Source: an uncultured Pedosphaera sp. (GTDB lineage: Bacteria; Verrucomicrobiota; Verrucomicrobiia; Limisphaerales; AAA164-E04). Taken from it: DNA of 64,000 nt. Position 1 is the first letter of the stretch. Every line of letters begins with the position of its first letter. Shown piece by piece: positions 33,186 to 43,585 of this stretch. Location: the NCBI GenBank assembly GCA_965214825.1, contig OZ243981.1:2450567-2514566 (forward strand), in the 5' to 3' direction. The translations under genes were made by a program, and so were the position numbers. The notes beneath the pieces are model-generated. The model did not search any database, was not told where the DNA came from, and worked only from the letters and a program-made list of their open reading frames with translations.

Positions 33186-34930
33186 GGATGGTTCAGCGGC
33201 GCGTCCAAGCCGAAGACCCGATTGAGTTGCGGGTAGAGCGCTCCGGGAAATTCGAATATTGTTGGCATTCCGTCCACTTCGGTTTCTGCGTAACGATAGC
33301 CTCGGGGCGACAGCATTCCAAACTTCAATCTTTTTGGTGGTGTCTTGCTGCTGTCTTTGAATTCGATTTCGATGCGGGCACCGGAGTCCGTGCCGTATTG
33401 AGCGCCGGCGTTCGGCTCGCGGGATGTCCAAGACTCGGCCATCGCTTGCGACAAGCGATACAGGTATTCGTTGAACTCGGCGGTTTCCAACTCGCCCAGA
33501 GGGGTATTGTCAATCCGCCAGGCGGCGTCTGAGCGTTGCCAGCTTTGAGTAGTTTGGTTGGGATGGACGATGTGGAGTGTTGCGATGTCTTGCGCGTCAA
33601 AGCTCCAGAGTTTCCGATCCCGTAATTGCCAGGCGTAGGCAGGGAGCTCGAACACAGCTTTATATGGCACGGCATAGACGGATGGTTCGTCGCTTCGGTG
33701 CGCCATGAGGTTGTTATGAATCTTAAGACCGAAACGAACGCGCAATGTGTTGGCAGGAGAACTGAAAGTCAGAGTGCGGATAGGAAAATCCAACCCGAAA
33801 CGGGCTTCATCCACTTCGCCGTCGGCCATAAATTCGTTGATCCGCAAGTTGGTGAGTTGCTGGAAGAAGCGCTTCATCAAGCCATTGTCGACCGGTATTG
33901 GGTTGGGTTCGGTGATTTGCCATATGCGGGTGTTGGCGACAAGGGACAGAGTGAACTTTTCCTTCGCGCGGACAGTGATTTGATTGAACTGCAAGTTCTG
34001 GTCGAGAAGGTAGGGACTGCGGAATGCCTTGGCCACCTGCAGCTGATTGGCCCAGATTGCCGAGATGGAGGCGTGCGTGCGGGAGCGTCCCAGCCGCGCT
34101 CGATGCAACGCCGGGTTGTCGGCGCGCGCGCCCAGCAGTTCGATGAGGTAATGAAACCCGTTGGCGAGTCGGAACTCCAAAAGCGTGTGTCGTTCCGCCT
34201 CGGCGGTTGGGTCGAACGAACTCACGCGGAGTTCGGCCAGTTGTTGAAAAAAGAGCGCGAGGAAGTCGAGGTCGAGGCGGGCATCGGACACTGGTTCGAT
34301 CATTTTCCAATCGGCATCGGCCGCAGAGCGCGTTAGGTGAACGCGGCTGCCGCCGTCGAGAATGAGATCGGTGATTTGCGAGACCGAATGGGGGAAGACT
34401 CGCGAATCCCGCCAATAATTGGCTTCTCTTTCCAGCGGCTTTAAAGTGTCGGCCGAGACGGTGTAAATCTGCTTTTGGTCGGAGCGGCGCACGAAGACAA
34501 TGCGGCCGGCGCTCTCTGTGTGGCCGATGTGCAGTTTCAGCGAAACGCCTCCGCCGGCAATGGCGAGTGATTGCGCCGGCGTTTCCAATCCGTAGAGGTC
34601 GGCCTTCATGTCATCCGGGGAAGCGACCACTTCACTTTGATATTGAAGCTGCGCCAGGTCTTCGAGCAGCGCACGGATTTTGGCGTTCTCGGCGGGATAG
34701 CGGATGGGTTCTTGAAGGTGCCAAGTTCCGTTCGTTCGCGCCAGATGGAGCGTGCGGCCGGCGGCGTTTTGAAGAGTCAGCGAAGTTGCGGCGCCCGCGG
34801 CTAGTTCGGGAAAAATCTGATAATCGGCGGCCGGCGCTCTCCCGTTCGATCGCGGATGCTCAAAGAACCACACATAGCCGGCGAGAAGGCCGGCTATCAA
34901 AACCAAAGTCCAGGTGTGGCGGTGGCTCAT
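33182..34930 (-). CDS. DUF4340-like protein
   Basis: N-terminal TM helix and repeated beta-rich modules. Its position directly after a GldG-like gene is typical for DUF4340. Confidence 0.6.
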   Translation of the reverse strand: MSHRHTWTLVLIAGLLAGYVWFFEHPRSNGRAPAADYQIFPELAAGAATSLTLQNAAGRTLHLARTNGTWHLQEPIRYPAENAKIRALLEDLAQLQYQSEVVASPDDMKADLYGLETPAQSLAIAGGGVSLKLHIGHTESAGRIVFVRRSDQKQIYTVSADTLKPLEREANYWRDSRVFPHSVSQITDLILDGGSRVHLTRSAADADWKMIEPVSDARLDLDFLALFFQQLAELRVSSFDPTAEAERHTLLEFRLANGFHYLIELLGARADNPALHRARLGRSRTHASISAIWANQLQVAKAFRSPYLLDQNLQFNQITVRAKEKFTLSLVANTRIWQITEPNPIPVDNGLMKRFFQQLTNLRINEFMADGEVDEARFGLDFPIRTLTFSSPANTLRVRFGLKIHNNLMAHRSDEPSVYAVPYKAVFELPAYAWQLRDRKLWSFDAQDIATLHIVHPNQTTQSWQRSDAAWRIDNTPLGELETAEFNEYLYRLSQAMAESWTSREPNAGAQYGTDSGARIEIEFKDSSKTPPKRLKFGMLSPRGYRYAETEVDGMPTIFEFPGALYPQLNRVFGLDAPLNHP

Positions 34931-34972
34931 GGCTGTTTCAGGGAGGAGCGGCCGTTGCAGTTCATGGTTCGT

Positions 34973-36469
34973 TTAGGTGCGGCGGCGCCACCAAACCGCC
35001 AGACCGAAGGCCAAGACGCCTGCCGGAAACGCCACAAGCATCAGCCATAGCAGGCGCTGAAACTCCCGGTCGGGAATCGTCAACTGAAATTCATACAACG
35101 GCTGCGGACCGATGCCTTGAATCAGCCAAAATTGATCCATCAACCAGCCGGCGGCGAGGCTTGCAAATCTACGGTTGCCATACTGTTGAATGCGTTCGTT
35201 GCTGAGGAAAAAAGAATCGCCGGCCACCAGCAGGCGAGTATCAGGCGCGGGCGGATTCTCTGCGCCGGAAGCCTTCACTTCGACGGCTGTCAAGAGGGGG
35301 ATAGCACCTTGGCGGTCTCGAACGCGGCGGAATTGAAATGGAGCGGTTGACAAACCGAGTTGCGCGACGCCATTGGTTGACGTGTAAGCAATGCCCCGGC
35401 TGGTCAAATCACGCTCCAACACGTGCGTTGGCAGCGGATCCACCGAACGAGGAAATAACATGAGCAGCCCGACTTTCGCATCAACCAGAGGAGTCGTGGT
35501 CGGGTGATCGCTAAACTCCGTAACGGCCAAGTCGTTGCCCATGCGTTGGGAACTATCGTTCACTATATTTTGTCCGACAGCAACTCCCCAGCGGCGAAGC
35601 CATTCTTCCAAACCCGTAGCCCTCTGCAAGCCATTAGCATTGAAGAGAATCAGCAACCGCCCGCCGGTTTGTAGGAAGCGGTCAACCGCCTCGATTTCTT
35701 TCTGCAACAAAGAATGCCGAGGCCCGGCAATGACCAACAGCCTCGTCTTCTCCGGGAGAGGCCCGTCGCGCACGAGATGATGAGGCACCACTTCAAAGTT
35801 TTTCTCTTCCAGAGCCTGGCGAAACTCGGTGTAACCTTGAGGCCCTTCGCTTTCCAAATCATGCTCCCCGTGTCCGACAAGATACGCTACTTTCAACGAC
35901 TCCCCAGCGGCAATGTTAACAATGGCCGAGGTAAACAACAATTCGCCTTTGAAGCCGATGCGTTTGACTTCGCGCCGCCCCTGCAAAAGATCGTTGACTT
36001 GCTCGCCGATGCGGTAATCGCTAAGTTCTTGATAAGGTACAATACGATGCCGCTTTCCAGAAGTGAAAACGACCAAATCGGACGGGCTTCGATCCGCGAG
36101 GCCGTAGGTTTGGGAAATCTCCCGAGCTGCCCGTCGGTCGCGGATATAGTCGATATGGCGAATATGGATGCGCGGGCTGCGATAAGCGTATTCCTTCAAA
36201 AGCAAATCTATCGACGTGTGAAGCGCTGTAGTTTTATCCCGGTTAGCATAGACGATGACCTCGACTTGATTGGTCAACTCTCCGAGAATGCTCAAGGTCG
36301 CCGGCGAAAGATCGAAATGATGGTGTTGAGACCACTTGCTGCGGAAAGGATGTCGCGCAACAAGATAATTCAGCACGCCAACAATGATAAGCACAGCTGT
36401 AAGGGAAACAATCATATTTGCCGCGGCAACAGGGCGCCTGAAAGCAGAAAATGACGGCGGCAACGGCAT
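34973..36469 (-). CDS. GldG-like ABC-transport accessory protein
   Basis: N- and C-terminal TM helices, VAYLVGHGEHDLES motif. Follows the ABC-2 permease. Confidence 0.7.
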   Translation of the reverse strand: MPLPPSFSAFRRPVAAANMIVSLTAVLIIVGVLNYLVARHPFRSKWSQHHHFDLSPATLSILGELTNQVEVIVYANRDKTTALHTSIDLLLKEYAYRSPRIHIRHIDYIRDRRAAREISQTYGLADRSPSDLVVFTSGKRHRIVPYQELSDYRIGEQVNDLLQGRREVKRIGFKGELLFTSAIVNIAAGESLKVAYLVGHGEHDLESEGPQGYTEFRQALEEKNFEVVPHHLVRDGPLPEKTRLLVIAGPRHSLLQKEIEAVDRFLQTGGRLLILFNANGLQRATGLEEWLRRWGVAVGQNIVNDSSQRMGNDLAVTEFSDHPTTTPLVDAKVGLLMLFPRSVDPLPTHVLERDLTSRGIAYTSTNGVAQLGLSTAPFQFRRVRDRQGAIPLLTAVEVKASGAENPPAPDTRLLVAGDSFFLSNERIQQYGNRRFASLAAGWLMDQFWLIQGIGPQPLYEFQLTIPDREFQRLLWLMLVAFPAGVLAFGLAVWWRRRT

Positions 36470-36475
36470 CGGCGT

Positions 36476-37228
36476 TCAAAACCAGCGACGGGCTTCCACA
36501 GCTTGCCAGTTCATATAGAGAAAAAGCCCGGTCAACGTCATATAAAAAACAATGTGCCGGGAATCGATCACGCCTCGAACAAAATCCTCAAAATGATGAA
36601 ACAAGGATGTATAAGCAAAAATACTCGCCCAAAGACTGTCGGAAGCCGGCAGTTGGGAAACCGCAAAACTTTGAAGAAACAGAGTCATGCCCAGAGCAAA
36701 ACTCAGCATTGCGGCAAGCGTTTGACTGCGAGTGATCGACGAAGCGAAACAACCTGTAGCTGTATAAAGCGCTCCGAGTGATACAATTCCGAAAAGACTC
36801 GAAGAGGCTATTCGAATATCCAGCAGAGAAGCATCATTGAAGAAAGGACGCAGAAGATACATATAGCCGATGAAAGGTGAGCAGATGATGACGAAGAAAA
36901 ACCAAGCGCTCAGAAACTTCGCCAGCACGACTTGCAAAGAAGTTAAGGGAGCGGTCATCAAAGTCTCATAAGTGCCGGCGGATTTTTCGCGGGCGTAAGT
37001 GCGCATGGTAATAGCGGGTGCTGCCAGAAGCACGATTAGCCAGAAAAACGGAGTGCTATAAAGTGCTTCTGTGATGGGCGAATCGATGGCTTGCCCTCGA
37101 ACTGCTAAAATCACGTAGAAGAAACTGACTCCGACAACAAACATTACTGAGGCAAGGATCGTATAGCCGGTCAAGGTCTGGAAGTAGCCGGCGAGCTCGC
37201 GTTTGGCCAAGATGAATACGGCAGTCAT
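36476..37228 (-). CDS. ABC-2 type permease (GldF-like)
   Basis: ATG 37228 (MTAVFILAKRELAGYFQTLTGY) overlaps the ATPase stop as ATGA. Six-TM pattern. The longer track ORF to 37507 is unsupported. Confidence 0.75.
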   Translation of the reverse strand: MTAVFILAKRELAGYFQTLTGYTILASVMFVVGVSFFYVILAVRGQAIDSPITEALYSTPFFWLIVLLAAPAITMRTYAREKSAGTYETLMTAPLTSLQVVLAKFLSAWFFFVIICSPFIGYMYLLRPFFNDASLLDIRIASSSLFGIVSLGALYTATGCFASSITRSQTLAAMLSFALGMTLFLQSFAVSQLPASDSLWASIFAYTSLFHHFEDFVRGVIDSRHIVFYMTLTGLFLYMNWQAVEARRWF

Positions 37229-38175
37229 TTTACAGCGGATTGTTTTGTGAGGCGGGAGAAGATTTTTTCCAGTGGATATTCGCGTCGGCGGAGTTCCCGC
37301 AATGGCCATCGCTTTCGGCAGGCCAGGTCGAACACTTTCGGTCGGATGTCTTGTTGTGTCCGGCCACGGAGGATGAATCGAGAGAAGGGCGGGTCGAGTT
37401 CCTGCGCGGTAACTTCGGCAATTTCGGGTAGATGTTGCAACGCTTGCTGGATTTCCTGAACCGGCCCGGACATTTCGGCGCGAACTTCTGAAGATGCTGC
37501 AAAACATTCATAGAGGGATTCGGTTGATTCATCGGCCAGGATGCGTCCCTTGTGGAGCATGATGACACGGTTGCAGGTGAGTGCCACTTCAGATAGGATG
37601 TGGGTGGAGAGGATGACTGTGATTTTGGGCGCCAGCAATTTAATGAGTTCACGAACAGCCCGGATTTGATTTGGGTCCAATCCGGCGGTGGGTTCGTCCA
37701 GGATGACTAGCGCAGGGGCGTGCACCAAAGCGTCGGCGAGGCCAACCCGTTGGCGGTAGCCGCGGGACAGTTGGCCGATGATGCGCGTTTGCACTTTTTC
37801 GAGGCCGCAAACCTCCATGACTTTCTCGATGCGCCGGCGTGGTTTGGGGAGGCGTTTCAGTGCTGCCCGAAATCGCAGATACTCTCGCACGCGCATTTCG
37901 GGGGGGAGAGGATTGTTCTCCGGCAGATATCCGATGGCCTGCCGGGCGGCGAGAGGTGCATGAAACACGTCGCAACCCACTACACGAACCGCGCCGGCTG
38001 TAGCGGGTTGCAGGGTGGCTAAAATGCGCATTGTTGTTGTTTTGCCTGCGCCGTTGGGACCGAGCAAGCCAACAATTTCGCCCTGATTTACTTGGAAGGA
38101 AATGTTGTTGACGGCACGCTGCCCCGAATAGCGTTTACTCAGGTTCTCAACTTCAATGACGCGGCGGCTGCTCAT
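37225..38175 (-). CDS. ABC transporter ATP-binding protein (GldA-like)
   Basis: GLLGPNGAGKTTT, LSRGYRQRVGLADAL, LILDEPTAGLDP. ATG 38175 (MSSRRVIEVENLSKRY) preferred. Confidence 0.9.
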   Translation of the reverse strand: MSSRRVIEVENLSKRYSGQRAVNNISFQVNQGEIVGLLGPNGAGKTTTMRILATLQPATAGAVRVVGCDVFHAPLAARQAIGYLPENNPLPPEMRVREYLRFRAALKRLPKPRRRIEKVMEVCGLEKVQTRIIGQLSRGYRQRVGLADALVHAPALVILDEPTAGLDPNQIRAVRELIKLLAPKITVILSTHILSEVALTCNRVIMLHKGRILADESTESLYECFAASSEVRAEMSGPVQEIQQALQHLPEIAEVTAQELDPPFSRFILRGRTQQDIRPKVFDLACRKRWPLRELRRREYPLEKIFSRLTKQSAVK

Positions 38176-38606
38176 GTAGCGGCCTGTAAGGTTGCCGGAA
38201 ACATTGAGCAATGGTCAAGAAAATCTTTCGGAATAAGCATTTATGGGCTTTGATGGTTTTGGAGGGCGATTTCGTTCGGGACAAATGGATGGACAGGATG
38301 CACACAGGATTGGATTTTTTGTCAAGGCGGGTGCCGGTCAACCGGTCGAGTGCCTGCGCCACACGTGGTTGTGCCACCCTGTTAAGCCCGTAAATGCTTA
38401 TCGCGAAATCTTCCGCCGGCAATCTGTTCGCTGCTTGCCGGGTTTTGCTTTTGAATCAACGAGAATTCGGGCATAAACCGGTCGATGTGAATTCGGCGGA
38501 AACATTGCATCCAGGGTTTTTGATATCGGCGCTTCGTGGCAATCTGGAGAAAATGATTGTTGCGAATTACCCTTTGGCTGCATATTGAAAGAACTTTCGC
38601 GGTTGA

Positions 38607-41006
38607 GTGCAAGATGATGGAGGGTTTGTGATTTTGAGAACGGTTAATTGTGTGTTATTGCTTGGTGCGCTGATGGGGGAGGCGCAGGATGTTCTGCCTC
38701 GGCAGACGATGTTCGAGCATTTCGAGAGCGAACGGCCAGCGGATGACAAGCGGCTCGATTGGAGGGCTTCGGAGGGTGTGGAGTGGGTGTCAGGGTTTGA
38801 AGGGCGGGCGCCGAGATTTGCCGACGATGGCGCGGGGATTCTTTTCAATCTCGAAGGCGGGGAAGGACAGGCGAAGTGGCTAAATGTGCGGCAGGGGAGT
38901 TTGCGGTTTCGATTTCGGCCGGATTGGAATTCAGGCGAAGGTCCGGGGCGTTATGCCAGTTTTTGTTCCATCGGCGTTTGGAGGCCGTCTTTTCCGACGA
39001 TTGGGTATTGGGCGCTAGCGGTGAATCCGACAGGCAATCAGGTTCTTTTTTCCGGCCAGGGGGTTGAAGGTGGAGAAACGTTTTTAATGGCGCCGGTTTC
39101 GTTTCAATCTGGGAGGTGGCATGATCTTTTGTTGGTGTATTCGCCAGAAGCAACGTGGCTCTATGTGGACGGGAGAGCCTTTGGCCCTGGAAGAGGCGTG
39201 GCGGCAGCGCCTGGGGATGCGGTGTGCAAACAATACGGATTGCAGCTCGGCAACAATCATGACGGGAACCAGGCGATTGGCGGAGCGATTGACGCCTTCG
39301 AAGTGTATGACACCGCTTTGAGTGGATTCGTGCAGCGGAGGGATGCCTGTGCTTTGCGTGCCCGAATCGAACCGTCAGTGCCTTTAGTGGAGCTTCGCTG
39401 GAACAGCAACGGGAAGGAGTTGACAGTAGTCCGGCGCCGGACAGTTGAGGAAGTCGATTGGAAGACACTCGCTTCGCTGACCGCGACGAATCGTTATGTC
39501 GATACTTCGCCGGAGTTGATGCCGGGCGTGCAATACGAGTATTCCGTCGGGCAACGCCGGCTGCGAGTGGCAATCGGGCATTTACCCCCGGCCGAACATC
39601 GCGGACGTGTGCTGATCTTGGCGACCCGAAAAGTTGCGTCTCGACTGAGCAGCGACTTAGAACGGTTTAAATTAGATCTCGCCGGCGACGGTTGGATTGT
39701 TGAACAACAGACAGCTCCGGAACACAATTCCCAGTGGAAAGGGCGCTATCGACGCCGCGTGGCCGAAGTCAAATCAGCAATTGTTGAATTCCATCAGCAA
39801 TCCCCGCACGAACGCAATGTCGCCTTGCTAATTGGGAACATTCCCATTCCTTATTCCGGCATGCGTGCAGAGGACGGCCATTACCGCCCAAACGATGATC
39901 ACCAAGGCGCTTGGCCCTGCGACGCCTATTATGGCGATGTCGACGGAATCTGGACGGATGTAACCGTTTCCCACGTCAACCATTCGCACCATCCAAACAC
40001 CAACCTACCCGGCGATGGCAAATTCGATCAAGACTATCTCCCCTCATCTTTAGAAGTCGCTGTTGGGCGAATTAACTTTGTCAACTTGCCGGGCATCACC
40101 GGAGATTCTCTGCCCGGACACCCCGCTCGATCTGATAAAATCGAAACAGCTTTATTGCAACAGTACTTTGATAAAAATCATATGTATCGGACAGGGCAAA
40201 TTCGCTATATGGAACAAGCCATTGTTAAATCATATCTGCCGGTATGGTTGAGCCGCAATATAGAAAACAATGCTTTCCACAACGGCAGTAGTTTGTTCGA
40301 TGACTGGGAAAACAATATTTATGAGTTGGATTTTTTTGCAACAACTCAACCGGCTCTGTTGGGTTTCCTGGCCGGCTACGGTGGGAGCAGTTCCATTGCT
40401 TCCGGGCTCCATCAGACTCAGTTTGTCAACCGGCCGGGATACAGTCCGAAAGCAGCCTTTCTTATACTCTACAGTTCCTGGATTGCCGATTGGAATTTGA
40501 AAGACAATTTTCTTAAGGCGACTTTGGCTGGCGCCTCGACAGGGTTGGCGACGATGAGTTCTCTGCACGGACAATGGAATTTGTCCGCTCTTGGCTTGGG
40601 CGAACCATTGGCGACTTGCTATTTGGAAACCGCAAACAAAAGTGACGAGGAATGGGGAATACCGCGGTCATTCTCGATTCTAGGCGATATAACTCTTCGT
40701 CTGCATGTTATTCCTCCGGTTAAAACTTTCAGTGCCCTCCGCCACAGAAGGTCGACAACGCTGTCCTGGACGACAGATCAGACAGTTGAGAATGAACTCG
40801 GTTGTTTTGTCTATCGCAGCCGGGAACTTATGGGGCCTTATAGACGAATCTCCGGTCCAGAGCCGATTCGAGGTTGGGAATTCATAGACAGCAAAGCCTC
40901 CAGATTAGAGTCTTACTATATGGTGCGGCGTGTGGCGGTTGCAACGACTCCCGGGGGAAGTTATACGAATCTCAGCCAGGGGCGGTTTGTTAATTCGCGG
41001 GAGTAA
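38607..41006 (+). CDS. Secreted multidomain protein: LamG-like, FN3-like, gingipain (C25)-like, FN3-like
   Basis: Signal-like VILRTVNCVLLLGALMGEAQD. A concanavalin/LamG-like segment ending AIDAFEVYD. Then C25-like patterns: RVLILAT...LAGDGW, VALLIGNIPIP, CDAYYGD, VAVGRI. The start codon is uncertain (GTG 38607 or 38628). Confidence 0.5.
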   Translation: MQDDGGFVILRTVNCVLLLGALMGEAQDVLPRQTMFEHFESERPADDKRLDWRASEGVEWVSGFEGRAPRFADDGAGILFNLEGGEGQAKWLNVRQGSLRFRFRPDWNSGEGPGRYASFCSIGVWRPSFPTIGYWALAVNPTGNQVLFSGQGVEGGETFLMAPVSFQSGRWHDLLLVYSPEATWLYVDGRAFGPGRGVAAAPGDAVCKQYGLQLGNNHDGNQAIGGAIDAFEVYDTALSGFVQRRDACALRARIEPSVPLVELRWNSNGKELTVVRRRTVEEVDWKTLASLTATNRYVDTSPELMPGVQYEYSVGQRRLRVAIGHLPPAEHRGRVLILATRKVASRLSSDLERFKLDLAGDGWIVEQQTAPEHNSQWKGRYRRRVAEVKSAIVEFHQQSPHERNVALLIGNIPIPYSGMRAEDGHYRPNDDHQGAWPCDAYYGDVDGIWTDVTVSHVNHSHHPNTNLPGDGKFDQDYLPSSLEVAVGRINFVNLPGITGDSLPGHPARSDKIETALLQQYFDKNHMYRTGQIRYMEQAIVKSYLPVWLSRNIENNAFHNGSSLFDDWENNIYELDFFATTQPALLGFLAGYGGSSSIASGLHQTQFVNRPGYSPKAAFLILYSSWIADWNLKDNFLKATLAGASTGLATMSSLHGQWNLSALGLGEPLATCYLETANKSDEEWGIPRSFSILGDITLRLHVIPPVKTFSALRHRRSTTLSWTTDQTVENELGCFVYRSRELMGPYRRISGPEPIRGWEFIDSKASRLESYYMVRRVAVATTPGGSYTNLSQGRFVNSRE

Positions 41007-41102
41007 TTCTTATACTTCCGAGAATTTGTGCCGACAGTTGAAGAAAGGGGTTGTGGCTACAGGGATTGCTGTCGGATCGGCGCCGAAAGTTGCATTGGTG
41101 TT

Positions 41103-42101
41103 ATGCGGGGTTGGCTGAAGACAAATTTGTTTCTTTTGGGATTGGTGGGAGTGTCGGCTCTGGCTTGGCTAACGCCGGAGTGGGGCGCCCGGGGAGGGAG
41201 TTTGCGCAGCGAGTTTTCTAGGCATTTTGCAGTGTTTGGGATTTTTTTTGTTCAAGGTCTTGCGCTTCCCACTGAGGATTTCCGAAGGGGATTGGGGCGG
41301 ATGAGGCTTCATGGGTTTGTGCAGGGGTGGAATTATATTGGGTTTCCGCTGCTTGTTTTGAGTTTAATTGTGGTTTTAGGCGGATGGCTGCCACCGGAGA
41401 TTCGATTCGGTTTTTTGTATTTGTCGATTTTGCCGACGACGATTACCTCAGCTGTGTTTTTTACGGCGACAGCGGGGGGAGATGTTGCGGGATCGGTTTT
41501 TAACGCTTCTGTTTCCAATTTGCTTGCTGTGTTACTGACGCCGGTTGGGGTGGCGCTTTTGCTTTTTTCGGGGACGGAGGGATCGGATGTTTTGGTGTCG
41601 ATGTTCTGGAAGCTCTGCCGTTTGATTGTGTTGCCGTTGGCGGCCGGCCAGATGCTGCGGCCCTTTTTGAAAGGCTGCTTGCCTGCTGCGCGACCTTGGT
41701 TTCAGCGGGTTACGACGGTTTCGATTTTTTTCATCATGTATTGCACGTTTTGCGATGGGGTGGAGAATGCGGCTTGGGAGCGGTTAGGTTGGGGAGCGGT
41801 TGGTGTGTCGTTGGTGTTGGCGGCTGTGGTATTGGGACTGATGTCCGGGTTGGTTTGGTGGTCGAGTGGTTGGCTGCTGTTTGAGCGGTCGGCTCGGATG
41901 TCCGCCTTCTTTTGCGCTTCGCAGAAAAGTTTGGCGACAGGGGTACCGATGGCGCATTCGATTTTTCCGGCTGAGTCGGTCTCTGGACTCCCGGATCTCA
42001 GCGTTATTGTTTTGCCGTTGATGTGTTATCATCCATTGCAATTGGCGTTGGCGGCTCGTTTGGCGGATCGCTTTCGGGAGGCAGCGCCGGCGTCGGAATA
42101 A
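41103..42101 (+). CDS. Bile acid:sodium symporter (BASS/YfeH-like) family transporter
   Basis: Polytopic membrane protein with YLSILPTTITSAVFFTATAGGDVAGSVFNASVSNLLAVLLTP. ATG 41103 preferred. Confidence 0.75.
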   Translation: MRGWLKTNLFLLGLVGVSALAWLTPEWGARGGSLRSEFSRHFAVFGIFFVQGLALPTEDFRRGLGRMRLHGFVQGWNYIGFPLLVLSLIVVLGGWLPPEIRFGFLYLSILPTTITSAVFFTATAGGDVAGSVFNASVSNLLAVLLTPVGVALLLFSGTEGSDVLVSMFWKLCRLIVLPLAAGQMLRPFLKGCLPAARPWFQRVTTVSIFFIMYCTFCDGVENAAWERLGWGAVGVSLVLAAVVLGLMSGLVWWSSGWLLFERSARMSAFFCASQKSLATGVPMAHSIFPAESVSGLPDLSVIVLPLMCYHPLQLALAARLADRFREAAPASE

Positions 42102-42174
42102 TTTGCGTTGCCAAGTCGGCTTTTATCAGCCATAGTTTCTGGCGCCGGTTTATGTCAATGTTTGGCTTGATTTT

Positions 42175-43449
42175 ATGAAAAGAATTCCGTTATCCCGCAG
42201 GCGTTTTCTGACAGGTTCCATAGCTTCTCTGGCCGGCATCTCCATTGTGCCGCGCTGGCTGTTAGGCGGTCCCGGGCATACACCGCCAAGCGAGCAACTC
42301 ACGCGCGGTGTGATTGGTGTCGGCGGCATGGGACGCGGGCATGTTTCGTCGGTTTTTACCAATGCCAAATTGCTCGCGGTTTGCGATGTGGATGCGAATC
42401 ATTTGCAACAAGCGGTTGAGCTTGGTGGCGCAGATGTGGCCGGTTACCGCGATTTTCGTGAAGTGATTGACCGAAAAGACATCGATATCATCCACATCCC
42501 GACGCCTCCGCATTGGCATGGTTTGATTGCGGCTGCAGCAGCAAATGCCGGTAAGGATATTTGGTGTGAAAAGCCGATGACGCGAACCATCGGCGAGGGG
42601 CAAAAAGTGGTTGAAGTCGTCCAGCGCAACGGGCGAATTTTCCGGTTGAACACTTGGTTCCGCTTTCGAGGGCAATTTTACGGATTGGGCGCCCCAGTCG
42701 CGCCGATCAAGAAAGCGGTGGCAAATGGACTCCTGGGCTGGCCGCTCAAGGTTATCATAAGCGGCGTGACGGGATTCAATTGGAAGTTCAATTGGGTGGG
42801 CAAAACCAACCTGCCGCAGGAACCTGTGCCCGAGCATTTAGATTATGAAATGTGGCTGGGACCTGCGCCTTACAAACCCTACCACCCGCACCGTGTACAC
42901 AGCACATTCCGCGGTTACTGGGATTACGACGGGGGCGGCCTTGGGGATATGGGACAGCACTACTTGGACCCAGTTCAATACCTCCTCGGCAAAGATGACG
43001 AAAGCCCGGTCGAGATCGAAGCCGACGCACCGCCTCAACACCCCGACGCCTGCGGCACTTGGCGCGAAATTCGGCTCAAATACGCCGACGGCTGCGAAAT
43101 ACATCTTGACGGCACCAATCGTCATCAGCAAGCCGCCTTCATCGAAGGCCCGGAAGGGAAAATATTCAAAGACATGCAATCCACCATCCCCAATTGGCAA
43201 AAGAAACTTGAAACCCTGCCCGATCCGGAAACGCAAACGACCGATTTTGAAAAAGCCGTCCGCAGCCGCAAAAAATTTGCCTTGAATGAAGCCAACGGAC
43301 ACCGCTCCTGCACTTTGGTCAACCTAGCCAAAATTGCCGTGCGGCTACGGCGACCGTTGCGTTTCAACAGCTCGACCTTTCGGTTTATTGACGATGATCG
43401 AGCCAACCGCTTTATCAACCAGCCTATGCGTTTCCCGTGGACGATGTAA
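42175..43449 (+). CDS. Tat-exported Gfo/Idh/MocA-family oxidoreductase
   Basis: SRRRFLTGSIASLAG Tat motif, Rossmann segment GVIGVGGMGRGH, EKPM motif. Confidence 0.85.
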   Translation: MKRIPLSRRRFLTGSIASLAGISIVPRWLLGGPGHTPPSEQLTRGVIGVGGMGRGHVSSVFTNAKLLAVCDVDANHLQQAVELGGADVAGYRDFREVIDRKDIDIIHIPTPPHWHGLIAAAAANAGKDIWCEKPMTRTIGEGQKVVEVVQRNGRIFRLNTWFRFRGQFYGLGAPVAPIKKAVANGLLGWPLKVIISGVTGFNWKFNWVGKTNLPQEPVPEHLDYEMWLGPAPYKPYHPHRVHSTFRGYWDYDGGGLGDMGQHYLDPVQYLLGKDDESPVEIEADAPPQHPDACGTWREIRLKYADGCEIHLDGTNRHQQAAFIEGPEGKIFKDMQSTIPNWQKKLETLPDPETQTTDFEKAVRSRKKFALNEANGHRSCTLVNLAKIAVRLRRPLRFNSSTFRFIDDDRANRFINQPMRFPWTM

Positions 43450-43585
43450 TCCCTGTGAACAATGATTTGAAAAATACAATGCCGGAAAAACTTCTGAACA
43501 TAAGTAATAATTGGTGCCGATGTTTCTATAAGATTTGCAGCATTGTGTAATCGACTGACCTTGCCTATCGGTATAGACTCAAGCC

